A DNA stretch of 64,000 bases from positions 1 through 64,000 of IMG/VR virus record IMGVR_UViG_3300023314_000004; one strand, written 5' to 3'. The translations under genes and the position numbers were made by a program. This DNA comes from a virus. Lineage: Duplodnaviria > Heunggongvirae > Uroviricota > Caudoviricetes. Of the stretch, positions 27,895 to 37,669 are shown in pieces (the first letter of the stretch is position 1; each line of letters opens with the position of its first letter). Below the pieces are notes generated by a model. The model saw nothing but the letters and a program-made list of their open reading frames with translations. It was not told the DNA's origin and did not search any database.

Positions 27895-28002
27895 ATAACC
27901 AACTACTTTAAATAATTCTTCTTTTATCTAAGATACGAAAATAAGGATGTTCTCTTATTGTTTCATATTTTACTTCTTCTACATTACTATAAGGTTTTTC
28001 CA

Positions 28003-28719
28003 TTAGTTAAGTTTTTTATATTCTCTAATAATAAGTTTAAGATCTGAAATAGAAAATAGATTGTTCTCTTCTAAACATCCGATACGAATGAATTTAACAT
28101 CTTCATCAGACTTCACTTCCCAATTTTGCCCCACTCTAATGTTATTTTCATTTGTATAGACATTAAGAATTTTCTGTACTCTCTCTATTTCTGCTGTATA
28201 TCCTCTAAAAGCTATTTTACCCACTCCTACAGTAATTTCTACATTATTACTGCCTAATTTAAGAACCTTTTCTTCTTTTTCATAAACAGGTTCCCAATAT
28301 TCACTGTGGCTAAAATAAGCTTTAGTAAAATTGTCTATTCTACCATGACTATAGACATAACTAGCTCCTTCGCCAGAATTAAGAGATAAAGTTTCTCTAC
28401 CTAATTCTCCTATCATGCCAGGATATTCTTTAATTAATTTATAAGCAATAATCTTTTTCATTGTCTTTTCATTTAAATAATGTTCTCTTAATTGTTTCAC
28501 TGTTACTTCTGTATAATTTTTAGGCAAAGTTGAAAGCAAATCCATTCTTAAAATATTATCTTTATTTGACGATAAAATATAATAACCACTAGTTGCATTA
28601 CCTGTAGCATTAATATAATTTTTATATTTAGACTTATAGTCTGTAAAGAAATCTTCTAATTCCTTCCCTCCTTTACAAGCCCATTTTTCTGGAAAATCTT
28701 CAAAATCAATATCTGACAT
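28003..28719 (-). CDS. paralog-family protein 5
   Basis: 238 aa. C-terminus RGYTAEIERVQ…IRIGCLEENNLFSISDLKLII. Confidence 0.45.
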   Translation of the reverse strand: MSDIDFEDFPEKWACKGGKELEDFFTDYKSKYKNYINATGNATSGYYILSSNKDNILRMDLLSTLPKNYTEVTVKQLREHYLNEKTMKKIIAYKLIKEYPGMIGELGRETLSLNSGEGASYVYSHGRIDNFTKAYFSHSEYWEPVYEKEEKVLKLGSNNVEITVGVGKIAFRGYTAEIERVQKILNVYTNENNIRVGQNWEVKSDEDVKFIRIGCLEENNLFSISDLKLIIREYKKLN

Positions 28720-28750
28720 TTCTATTGTAGTGTAATATGGAATATCACTT

Positions 28751-28942
28751 TTACCTCCAGATGAAGCTAAAATAATAAGTATATTTAGACTCGTAAGAAC
28801 TAAGATTAGGGCATATTACTTTTAATTTCAAATATTCTTTTTCTGAAGTAATGTGGACTACTAAATTACCCTCAGAAGGTGTTACATATTTATTTAATTG
28901 TTCTTTTGTATATTTCATAAATTTTTGTTTTAGTTCTTCCAC
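28751..28942 (-). CDS. hypothetical small protein
   Basis: 63-aa ORF. Confidence 0.3.
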   Translation of the reverse strand: MEELKQKFMKYTKEQLNKYVTPSEGNLVVHITSEKEYLKLKVICPNLSSYESKYTYYFSFIWR

Positions 28943-28987
28943 TTAACTATGACGTTTATAGCCCTAAAGACTTGTGGAAGAAGATTT

Positions 28988-29224
28988 TTAATAAGCTTTA
29001 AATGCGATGGGTTTATGTTTTGCTGTGTAAGCTAGATATTCCGGAGATGGAGTGTAGCTATACCTGTTCCCAGGATAAAATCTCACTCTACTTAAATTAG
29101 CTTCCAACATGAATCTGTTGAATTTATTTAATAGTTTCTGACCAGAATTAGGTTTCCATACATTTGTTATGGTTCCTGGTTTATAGCTTCCTACTGGAAT
29201 GCATTGATTTCTTTTACTTAGCAT
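28988..29224 (-). CDS. hypothetical protein
   Basis: 78-aa ORF. Confidence 0.3.
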   Translation of the reverse strand: MLSKRNQCIPVGSYKPGTITNVWKPNSGQKLLNKFNRFMLEANLSRVRFYPGNRYSYTPSPEYLAYTAKHKPIAFKAY

Positions 29225-29364
29225 GAGTGTTAAAATAAAAAGTGAGGAATAATATTATATTTAATACGAATATAACTGCAATAGCTATATCTGAATAGTC
29301 TTTATGAGGCTTAAAATGTGTCATAAAAAGAAAAGGAGAGGAATTTCACCTCTCCTGTAATTAA

Positions 29365-29712
29365 TTAAAAACTGGCTAAAAGTTCCTCAAAATATTTAGC
29401 TGCTTCTACTGTAGCCTCTAAATTAGCTTTAGCTTCATTTACTTTACGTTGAGCTGTAAGAATATTAGAGATATATGTTTCATTTTGAGAAATGATAGTT
29501 ACAGGATATTTAGCTGCTTCGAGGTTTTCTTCAGCTTCTTCAAGGGTGTTTTCTAAATCTACTTTTTTAGAGTTAAGACTAGCTAATTGACCTTCAATAG
29601 CTGATACAGCTTTACGACTGATTTTAGCAGCTAGAGCTTCTGTACCGTCTCCGGTTAAACGTGCAAGTACTTCCTTAATAAATAATTGACCTTTTTTGAT
29701 TTCGTTTGACAT
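29365..29712 (-). CDS. coiled-coil protein
   Basis: 115 aa, Ala/Glu/Leu-rich heptads (…LENTLEEAEENLEAAK…NEAKANLEATVEAAKYFEELL). Confidence 0.45.
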   Translation of the reverse strand: MSNEIKKGQLFIKEVLARLTGDGTEALAAKISRKAVSAIEGQLASLNSKKVDLENTLEEAEENLEAAKYPVTIISQNETYISNILTAQRKVNEAKANLEATVEAAKYFEELLASF

Positions 29713-29715
29713 AAC

Positions 29716-31137
29716 TTAAATTTTTATTTGTTTAATTGAAATAACTCCAAGTTGTTTAGGAGTTTGTTGTGTAAAAATAGTAAAATCCATAGATTCTACT
29801 TTTGGTTTAAAAAATTCTTCTACAATATTATTTTTACCCCATAAAGTTGCTACTAATTCTTCAAATGTAGGTTTTATGGGCTGATCTGGCTCTGTGTACA
29901 TCAACCTCTTACTTACGTTATGATTGTGTACGGATTTCAGGTAAGCATCTCCTATATTTGTTAACATATCTACACTAGGAACATCTACTATTCCTAAATC
30001 TGAAGGGAATATTTCTTTTCGACTATCTCCTGTAAAAAAGTCTCTTCTATCACCATATCCTAAATTTTCGTCTTCAGCTGTGTAAAGTGCTTTATTTTGA
30101 GTGTATTTTACTCCATCTTCAAACCATCTAAATCCTAATTCAAATAGCTTCTCCTGCACTTTTCTACTTAATTCGGGATTATCCCCTATCCAGATTTTTG
30201 TACTTCTAAAGTCTTTTTTAGGTTCTTCTATTATTTCTGCCCATTTTCCTTCATAGTATAAACACCCTCTTCCATCAGCTCCTCTTAAGCATGTTATATT
30301 AATCCCATTTCTAGAACTATTCCATGCAGGATCACATGTTGTTACTGTATGTATAACATTTTTATGTTGTTTTATAGGATTTCTAAATTTAGTACCTATA
30401 GGATATTTAAGTTTAGCTTGGGCTAATAGATCTGGTTTAATTTCAGTAAAGTTTAAACCTATTCCATCTGGTTTCCAATCTTCAGGCATTAACTCATATT
30501 TATGAGGATTTTTAAGAGAGGTACTATAAACGCTGTAATTATCGTGGCTAGGAAAATTAATAATAAAGGTTTCTGAAACTTTTGTTTCTATTTTGCCTAT
30601 TTCACCACTTTTTATAAATCCTCCATCTGGTGAATTTGTGACAGTTTTTACATATCTACCTACTAAACTTACTTCTTTAGGCTTATTTTGAGCTTCATAA
30701 GCTTCTTTTGTAGAAGGTTTGAAAACTGGATTATCGTATTTTAAAACGAAATTTTTAACTCCATTATCATAATTAGGATAACCTGTTTCTTCTACTCTAT
30801 AAACTTTACCTAAAGTAAAATAGGTATAACCTTTTCCTATAAATTCTACATATTCTGGAATGGAAGGTATTTTATCAGGATGTCCTTCAGGAAGATGTTT
30901 TTGTATAATTTCCTCAGAAACATCTAATTCAGAGATATTGTCTATATTATTAAAGCATCCTGAACTTCCACTTAAAGTACCACAATTAATTATCCAAGGA
31001 TCAAAATGAACATAATCTGTACTAAGTTTGCTTACTTTTCCTATTTGTTTCCCTAAATTATTAGGATTAAATTCGTACCATTTATTTATTTCCCATGACA
31101 TAATTTTATTTTTTATTAATGATGATGCTCCATTCAC
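29716..31137 (-). CDS. hypothetical protein
   Basis: 473-aa ORF. Internal basic/Gly beta-strand-like segments (…GRYVKTVTNSPDGGFIKSGEIGKIE…). Confidence 0.5.
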   Translation of the reverse strand: MNGASSLIKNKIMSWEINKWYEFNPNNLGKQIGKVSKLSTDYVHFDPWIINCGTLSGSSGCFNNIDNISELDVSEEIIQKHLPEGHPDKIPSIPEYVEFIGKGYTYFTLGKVYRVEETGYPNYDNGVKNFVLKYDNPVFKPSTKEAYEAQNKPKEVSLVGRYVKTVTNSPDGGFIKSGEIGKIETKVSETFIINFPSHDNYSVYSTSLKNPHKYELMPEDWKPDGIGLNFTEIKPDLLAQAKLKYPIGTKFRNPIKQHKNVIHTVTTCDPAWNSSRNGINITCLRGADGRGCLYYEGKWAEIIEEPKKDFRSTKIWIGDNPELSRKVQEKLFELGFRWFEDGVKYTQNKALYTAEDENLGYGDRRDFFTGDSRKEIFPSDLGIVDVPSVDMLTNIGDAYLKSVHNHNVSKRLMYTEPDQPIKPTFEELVATLWGKNNIVEEFFKPKVESMDFTIFTQQTPKQLGVISIKQIKI

Positions 31138-31257
31138 CTTTTTCCCATGCAGCCATATCTACACCTTTTACAGGCATAGTGGTTGTAAAGGAAGTGGTAT
31201 AGTAAATAGGCTCACCTTTTCTGGGCAAGCCTATTAACAATTTTATTAAAAATTTCC

Positions 31258-32478
31258 TCATAGAGCTAATAATTTATCTATTTCTTCTAAGGTTAATGGA
31301 TGAACACCATTTAAACTAATTCCAAATTTAACTTCAGTACGAGATAATAAGTCTTTTAGAACATTTAAAGTGTTAGTATCAAAAGATTGACATCCAAATT
31401 TAACTCCATTAGAAGTTTTTTCTGCTTTATAGCCTAAGATTTCAATAGTTTGAGCTGCTTTAACCTCTTCTGGAGTAGCTTTTCTGTAATGACCATCATC
31501 AATACCTCCTGTTAAAATGGTATTCAATAACTTAGCTGTAAACATCATCCCTCCACAATACTGTGTTTTATCTTTAGTAAGTTCTAATACAGTACCTAAT
31601 TTAGTCCCACTAAGCCATCCTGTAGGATTTTTAGTTAACACTACGTAATCTCCCACTTTAAAATCAGGAACTACTTCAAACCAAAGATCTAATACACCAG
31701 CTTCTTTTAAACTATTGTATACAGAACTATCCTGATTAAAAGTATTCATTACTGTTGTCCCTGAAATTTTATTTGCTGCTTCTTTAAATTTTAAATAGTT
31801 AAATTCTTTTTTTAATTGATATTGTTTCATATTGTTTTGTTTTATTAATTTTCTAAATTGTTCTATTGTTATTTCTGTATGACCTTCTTGTATATCGTAA
31901 GACGATCTTTTGTGATCTGTATTATTCACTGCATGAGAATGAACATAACCTGAAGGTGATTTATAGCCATCTCTATCATTATTTAAAAGATTATTATTAC
32001 ACCAATCATTAATTTCTCTACAATTGTCTGAATTTCTTCTAATATACCATTTTTCTGGTAGTTCTTCAGGAAGAGTTATAATTTTACATCCTTTAGATAG
32101 AAGATAATTTTCATTATTATAAACAAATTCACCATTTAACATCCCATAAAATCTATGACTAGAACCACGAACTTTTGTGTTATATCCTCTTAAATCTCCA
32201 GTATTTACACCCTGTTCTTTCCACCATTTAATCACTTTAACTCCATGTTCTGCATCTAACACTTCTATAACACAATTGTTATAGTCTTGTTTTTCCTCTA
32301 GTAATTCACATTGAGCATCTGATTGAGTTTCTGCATAAGGTTGAATAATATTTCCATCCTCCATTTGAACAAAATAACTTATTTTGTTTATACTTGTAAT
32401 TACTCCTATTTGACCTTCATAATTAGATCGAAAAGGGTAATCTTTAATTTTTACTTTATCACCAATTTTACCTTTCAT
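31258..32478 (-). CDS. paralog-family protein 6
   Basis: 406 aa. C-terminus RKATPEEVKAAQTIEILGYKAEKTSNGVKFGCQSFDTNTLNVLKDLL. MKGKIGDKVKIKD N-terminus plus internal FKVGDYVVL. Confidence 0.55.
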   Translation of the reverse strand: MKGKIGDKVKIKDYPFRSNYEGQIGVITSINKISYFVQMEDGNIIQPYAETQSDAQCELLEEKQDYNNCVIEVLDAEHGVKVIKWWKEQGVNTGDLRGYNTKVRGSSHRFYGMLNGEFVYNNENYLLSKGCKIITLPEELPEKWYIRRNSDNCREINDWCNNNLLNNDRDGYKSPSGYVHSHAVNNTDHKRSSYDIQEGHTEITIEQFRKLIKQNNMKQYQLKKEFNYLKFKEAANKISGTTVMNTFNQDSSVYNSLKEAGVLDLWFEVVPDFKVGDYVVLTKNPTGWLSGTKLGTVLELTKDKTQYCGGMMFTAKLLNTILTGGIDDGHYRKATPEEVKAAQTIEILGYKAEKTSNGVKFGCQSFDTNTLNVLKDLLSRTEVKFGISLNGVHPLTLEEIDKLLAL

Positions 32479-32482
32479 AATT

Positions 32483-32698
32483 TTAAGTTGTTACAGCTGT
32501 AGAATATTTCCAATGGAAATTATCTACATCAATGTTAATAATAGAAGTACCATCTTCATCCATGATACGTTTAATACCTTTATTTTGAAATCCTTTTCTT
32601 TCAGCATTTAGTTTAGCTTCAATTATAGCATCTTTCCAATCTTCTGCCATAACATTCCATTCAATACCATTTAGATATAATACAAGATATTCGTTCAT
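32483..32698 (-). CDS. hypothetical protein
   Basis: 71-aa ORF. Confidence 0.35.
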   Translation of the reverse strand: MNEYLVLYLNGIEWNVMAEDWKDAIIEAKLNAERKGFQNKGIKRIMDEDGTSIINIDVDNFHWKYSTAVTT

Positions 32699-32709
32699 AG
32701 TGTTAGTTT

Positions 32710-33159
32710 TTAATTTTCTGTGAATTCAATTTTAGGACAATATTTATTCTTTTTAGCTTTAAACCATTCTAATAATAAATTAGGTGTTTTTTCTTTATAT
32801 ACTTTAGGATGTCTAGCACAAAACCAATGAACTATTTTATAAAAAAGACAACAAAATCCTATTACAAGTATTACCGTCCAAAGTACTGTACCAATAATAA
32901 CTGAAGTATTTTCACTTTTTAAATCATGTACATATATTGCGTAACCTAAACAAAAAATTATATATAATATCCAACCTACAAAAAAGAGAGAAAGGATAAT
33001 TGTACCTAACAATTTCCAAAAATATTCGCAAAGATTATTTGGAACATAGGCATGTGTAGCACTATAAAATCTATAATGCCAAGAAGATTTACTGATTTTC
33101 ATAATTAAGTTTTTAGTTGATAAGCATCTTTGTTTGTTAATTGCCCTAATAATAGCCAA
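32710..33159 (-). CDS. integral membrane protein (2 predicted TM helices)
   Basis: 149 aa. Hydrophobic stretches LLGTIILSLFFVGWILYIIFCLGYAIYV and IIGTVLWTVILVIGFCCLFYKIV. Confidence 0.45.
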   Translation of the reverse strand: MAIIRAINKQRCLSTKNLIMKISKSSWHYRFYSATHAYVPNNLCEYFWKLLGTIILSLFFVGWILYIIFCLGYAIYVHDLKSENTSVIIGTVLWTVILVIGFCCLFYKIVHWFCARHPKVYKEKTPNLLLEWFKAKKNKYCPKIEFTEN

Positions 33160-33348
33160 GCCTGTTCTAAAGATTCAGCTATTATAGGTTTAATTTCTAA
33201 TGTTAGTTTGTTTTGGAAGTTATATGTCATAATTTAAGGTTTAAAATATAAAATACCTATCCATGTTTGTTTAGATTCCCATCCAGCCAATGTCATTTCC
33301 ATGTTAGGAGAATAGGCAAATGGTTCAAAATAGTAATTAAAATTAATC

Positions 33349-33711
33349 TTAATCATATTGTTCTTTTAAAGTTTTAACAAATGCTTTTCCTGATGTTGTT
33401 AGTTTATTATTTTTCCAATAGCTTCCTGTATCATGTAACATCTGAATATTTGTCCAGAATTCTGTATTATGACCTGTATACTGTTCTTTTAGATAATCAA
33501 GCATAAAATCATGTATACCATAACCTTCATTTTCTTTGTGAAGTTTCTCTACTGTTTCCTGTTTACAACATCTAGAAAAACCACAATTTTCTCCATTGGG
33601 TCCTAAATACATACAACTAGTTCCATATTGACTTACATCTATAGAACGAGGATTATTCTCATAATATTCTATTGTTTCGTCTATTATTTCAATCTTTGTC
33701 ATTTGTTTCAT
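33349..33711 (-). CDS. hypothetical Cys-containing protein
   Basis: 120-aa ORF. Confidence 0.4.
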   Translation of the reverse strand: MKQMTKIEIIDETIEYYENNPRSIDVSQYGTSCMYLGPNGENCGFSRCCKQETVEKLHKENEGYGIHDFMLDYLKEQYTGHNTEFWTNIQMLHDTGSYWKNNKLTTSGKAFVKTLKEQYD

Positions 33712-33904
33712 TATTTAAGTTAATTAATCCAAATAAAGCCCAAAAAGCATCCCTAACTTGAATATCGTATTCATGAGGAGTCGTTATAATTTTATAACTA
33801 TATATTATTAATATTGAAAGATGTACTAACATCCTAATAATTTTCCATGTCTCTTTATTCATAATCAATTTGATTTTTAACATTAAGAATAGATTCCTTG
33901 TCAA
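33689..33904 (-). CDS. hypothetical small protein
   Basis: 71-aa ORF; overlaps both neighbours. Confidence 0.25.
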   Translation of the reverse strand: MTRNLFLMLKIKLIMNKETWKIIRMLVHLSILIIYSYKIITTPHEYDIQVRDAFWALFGLINLNNETNDKD

Positions 33905-34142
33905 CTTCTGTATCTAAATCATATCCTGAAGGCGGCATTTTATTTCGATATTCGTGCCTAATCTTAGATATATTATCCACAAGCATAGTTTCAGCTTTTT
34001 CAGCACATTTATCTATTACTACTTCTAGTATTTCTTTAAGAGCTGATTTAAAATCATCTTCATCTAGTAAAAATTCAGGAATACCCTCTTCAAATTGATA
34101 TAGATTTGAATATTTTTTAAGATAATCTTGTATATTTATCAT
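33855..34142 (-). CDS. hypothetical protein
   Basis: 95-aa acidic ORF. Confidence 0.35.
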   Translation of the reverse strand: MINIQDYLKKYSNLYQFEEGIPEFLLDEDDFKSALKEILEVVIDKCAEKAETMLVDNISKIRHEYRNKMPPSGYDLDTEVDKESILNVKNQIDYE

Positions 34143-34333
34143 TTCTTTTCTATTTTATATTTATCTAATATAGCAGCTTCTAATTGATCTGCTGACATAA
34201 TTTGTAACCAATATATTAAATCCATCATAAACTCCTGTTCTGTAGTAGGTGGAACAGGAGTGATGTCTTCCTTAGTTTTTATATCTATTACTTTCATAGT
34301 TATTTCGTTTAATGAAAACATCCCCAAGGACAT
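34139..34333 (-). CDS. hypothetical small protein
   Basis: 64-aa ORF. Confidence 0.3.
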   Translation of the reverse strand: MSLGMFSLNEITMKVIDIKTKEDITPVPPTTEQEFMMDLIYWLQIMSADQLEAAILDKYKIEKK

Positions 34334-34842
34334 TTGATTTTTATTCCTCTGTCAAAAGTTCCGTAAAAAGCATCTTTGTCTTCAGTGAATTTTATTTCAT
34401 CACTTAGCTTTCTATCAAATATGTCTGTATCACCAACTGTTCTGACTAATATAGAACGTCTTAAATCATCTTCATCAAACTCATCTCCTTCTTTTATAAA
34501 AGGAACAGCAGCAGGACTAATTTCTCCTATCACTTTGATAATTTCTTCTTGAGAAAGCCATCCAACAGATAAAATTTCAAATAATTTACCTTTAATATTA
34601 CTTACTTGATAGTAGTCATTATATTCTTTAACCCAAACTTTATCACCAACCTGAATATCTCTACTTACCAGAAATAGTTTAGCTTTAGGTCTGCCTTGAA
34701 CTTCGACTTTTAAAGAAAGTTCTGTCCTTCCTACCCAATTAAAAATTGCTTTTCTTAGCTCATTATTTTCATTGAAATACAGATCACCTTCTTTTATTTC
34801 TCCTTCAATAGGAAGCCATTTAGCAAATAATTTCTCTTTCAT
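34309..34842 (-). CDS. hypothetical protein with VGDKVWV beta-barrel-like motif
   Basis: 177 aa. …IQVGDKVWVKEYNDYYQV…. Confidence 0.45.
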   Translation of the reverse strand: MKEKLFAKWLPIEGEIKEGDLYFNENNELRKAIFNWVGRTELSLKVEVQGRPKAKLFLVSRDIQVGDKVWVKEYNDYYQVSNIKGKLFEILSVGWLSQEEIIKVIGEISPAAVPFIKEGDEFDEDDLRRSILVRTVGDTDIFDRKLSDEIKFTEDKDAFYGTFDRGIKIKCPWGCFH

Positions 34843-35333
34843 ATAATTGTATTAATTGTTCATGTTTGTAATAAATAGAAGAATTTCCTTTGTATCTTTT
34901 AGGACTATACCACCTACCATCTTTATGTAAGACAAATCCTTCTTTTTTTATCCATTCTAGTAGCTGTTCCATAATTAATACATTAAAATGAATAAAATAA
35001 ACACTATTATTAGTGCTGTAATAACTTTTTCTCGTGGTTTAGTAAGATTTAGCTTTAAGGCTTTATATATTACTGAAAAAATTATTAGTATGAATATAAT
35101 TAAAAATATTTTATCTTTCATAAATTACGTCATAAAGTTTAATAGAAGAATAATCATCCATATATCCTACCCATTTGATTTTTAATTTCTTTAGTCTACC
35201 TATTACATAATAGTTTTCAAGGTATTTATAACCTCTTTTAGAGGGAGTAAATGACCTATTTATAGACTTTTTCATATATAATAATTTAATGCTTCATCTT
35301 GTTTTTCTAAATATTCTGTCCAGTTCATAAAAT

Positions 35334-35579
35334 TTAATTTTTAAAGTTTTTACCATATACTAATTCGCTTACATAAGCTCCACAATTACCACAATACCAA
35401 TTTGGATTTGTATAAGCTTTAGACATATTTGACATAGTTCCAAATGTAAGATTTTGATTACAACAAAGACATTTTTCTTTTAGCTCTAAAGATTTTTTAA
35501 AATAATCGTCGTAATGTGTCATAAAATTTAATTTAAGTAAAAAATAAACCCTCCATAGACATAGAGGGTTTTTCATCAT
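35334..35579 (-). CDS. zinc-ribbon small protein
   Basis: 81 aa. CLCCN…(x28)…CGNCG four-Cys arrangement. Confidence 0.4.
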   Translation of the reverse strand: MMKNPLCLWRVYFLLKLNFMTHYDDYFKKSLELKEKCLCCNQNLTFGTMSNMSKAYTNPNWYCGNCGAYVSELVYGKNFKN

Positions 35580-35591
35580 CTAAAACAAAAC

Positions 35592-36446
35592 CTAATTCAA
35601 TTGTAATCTTTCTGATTTATATTTTTCAATTAATAATCTACCTTCTTCTTCATTACCTGTAGAACTAGAAGAAGCTATTGTAGGAAGAATGTTTCTTTGG
35701 AAGTTTTCTACATTAGCTGTATAAGTGGAAATAGATGTGTCTATTTGTTTCAAACTTTCATTAAATGTCTTCATTTCAGGGCTATTTTTAAGCCATGCTG
35801 AAGCATTGTCTGAAGCTTTAGACATACTTTCCATCATTTCCAGCTCTTGAGCTTTAGCTTCCAAGGATTGTTTAAGTATTTCTGTATCTGCCACTCTAAT
35901 TTCATAGAGGGAGATAAGATCAGTTTCTTGTTTTTTAATACTTTCAATCCTAGGAGTTATCATATTCACCTGTCCTTGTAACATAGCTACTTTATTTCTA
36001 GCTACTTTTAATACAGTTTCAGGTGCTGCTCTTTCTTCCAGCCTTGCAGCATTAGCTAATTCATTTGATAATGAACGAGACAATTCCTGTAATTTAGATT
36101 GATTACCATGCCTTATGGTAGAAATATTCTTAATATCATTGTTTAAAGCTTCATTCTTATTGACAAGATATTCATATCCTCTCCACATATACCATAGTTT
36201 ATCATTAGATATAAGTTTTTTAGTGAGATTCCAGGAAAGTCTTTTAGATTCTTCCCATATTCTCTCTCTAAATACTACACCTGCAACTAATGGAATAGCA
36301 AGTCCTATGGCTAAGTATAAATTAGTCATAATAGTAATTAGTGGTGGAAGGAGAAACCATAATAGTCCTAGTCCACCCACTACAATAACTCCAGCCAGAG
36401 TTTTCTGGCCAGAGGTAGTTAAATCCGGATTTTTAATTTGTAGCAT
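35592..36446 (-). CDS. membrane-anchored coiled-coil protein
   Basis: 284 aa. Two N-terminal hydrophobic helices (…LAGVIVVGGLGLLWFLLPPLITIMTNLYLAIGLAIPLVAGVVF…) then a long Q/E/L-rich coiled coil. Confidence 0.5.
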   Translation of the reverse strand: MLQIKNPDLTTSGQKTLAGVIVVGGLGLLWFLLPPLITIMTNLYLAIGLAIPLVAGVVFRERIWEESKRLSWNLTKKLISNDKLWYMWRGYEYLVNKNEALNNDIKNISTIRHGNQSKLQELSRSLSNELANAARLEERAAPETVLKVARNKVAMLQGQVNMITPRIESIKKQETDLISLYEIRVADTEILKQSLEAKAQELEMMESMSKASDNASAWLKNSPEMKTFNESLKQIDTSISTYTANVENFQRNILPTIASSSSTGNEEEGRLLIEKYKSERLQLN

Positions 36447-36451
36447 AAGTT

Positions 36452-36646
36452 TTATTTTAAAGTGTCTCCTATGTTGTATTTTCCTGAAGTGTCATAAAAT
36501 GTAGTAGTGACACCATCTGCGTCACTATACCTGTAAATGTCTAAAACTCTAGAATTATTTGAAGGAGTTTTGTCTACAATTACAAATGGCCTCTTTTTAG
36601 GGAAATTACAAGAAAATAAAAGAACACATATTAATAAATATTTCAT
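36452..36646 (-). CDS. small putative lipoprotein
   Basis: 64 aa. Signal peptide MKYLLICVLLFSC with lipobox-like LFSC. Confidence 0.4.
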   Translation of the reverse strand: MKYLLICVLLFSCNFPKKRPFVIVDKTPSNNSRVLDIYRYSDADGVTTTFYDTSGKYNIGDTLK

Positions 36647-36650
36647 AAAT

Positions 36651-37637
36651 TTAGTTTAAAGATAATAAAAATCCGATGGTAAAATTGGCATCCTCATCAA
36701 ATACGAATGTAGATGTTCCTGTTCCATCAACAATAGCTTTATAGATGTTTAATCCAGAGAGCATTTTAACATCATCTCCTGCTGAATATCTATCTGGAGA
36801 TAGGAGAGTGACAAATCTTTCTTCTCCTTGTCTAACTTTTTGAGCTAGTTTAAAAGGAATACCACCAATAATAAAACAATTTTGTCTTTTATCTGAAGGT
36901 ACTTTAGCTGCAAGAGCTTTGATTTGATTATACACATCTCCATCTATTGGTCTAGGATCAAGGGCAAAATATTTAGCTCCATAAGTTTCTAATGTTCTAA
37001 GAGCTGCACCTTCATACCATGAGATTTTAGTGTTTCCACTTCCCATATCTACAACAAAGCTGTTATTTACATAATCTTTAGGAAGAGCTGCTTTAAGAGC
37101 ATATTTACCTTCCTGATCAGCTGTTACAGCATTTACCATAAATCCTTTTTTCCTAATAGCTTGTTCTACTTTATCTATCCCTTTAGCTTTTAGTGCTCCT
37201 GAAGACATAACAAAATGAATATTTCGTCCTGCTACACCCATTTCAGCCATTTCTGCAATGTAGTCTTTGGTTTGAGTGTAAATGTCATCTGTATTAGCAA
37301 AACCTTCCCATGCCAGGGATTTACCAAAATTTTTCTTTGTAGCCTGCCAGTTTTTATCCTTATCAATATCAACAATAAAAGAATTAAAACCAGATGCTCC
37401 CACTTCAATAACACCTTTTAGTGTTCCATTAATAGGAATGTCTGTTTTAATAATAGCACGAGAGGCTGCAATATCACCTGACGGCAATGTTTCCACTGTT
37501 TTAACTCCATCAACAGCTCGTTGTTCTGTTTTTACAGGAGATACTAGAATTTCCGGATGTTTAATTGAATACACTTTAAATCCAATTAATGCTGCGATGA
37601 CTAAAATGATTAGTCCTGTTACGATACCTTTTTTCAT
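36651..37637 (-). CDS. membrane-anchored ASKHA-fold phosphatase-like protein (Ppx/GppA or CD39/apyrase-like)
   Basis: 328 aa. N-terminal TM anchor MKKGIVTGLIILVIAALIGF, then two DxGS-type phosphate-binding motifs (…IEVGASGFNSFIV… and …FVVDMGSGNTKIS…) and …CFIIGGIPF…. Resembles ACR1/ACR4 of apyrases and the Ppx/GppA P-loops. Confidence 0.4.
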   Translation of the reverse strand: MKKGIVTGLIILVIAALIGFKVYSIKHPEILVSPVKTEQRAVDGVKTVETLPSGDIAASRAIIKTDIPINGTLKGVIEVGASGFNSFIVDIDKDKNWQATKKNFGKSLAWEGFANTDDIYTQTKDYIAEMAEMGVAGRNIHFVMSSGALKAKGIDKVEQAIRKKGFMVNAVTADQEGKYALKAALPKDYVNNSFVVDMGSGNTKISWYEGAALRTLETYGAKYFALDPRPIDGDVYNQIKALAAKVPSDKRQNCFIIGGIPFKLAQKVRQGEERFVTLLSPDRYSAGDDVKMLSGLNIYKAIVDGTGTSTFVFDEDANFTIGFLLSLN

Positions 37638-37669
37638 GTTTTTTAGTTTTTGTTTTGTTTATAAAAATT

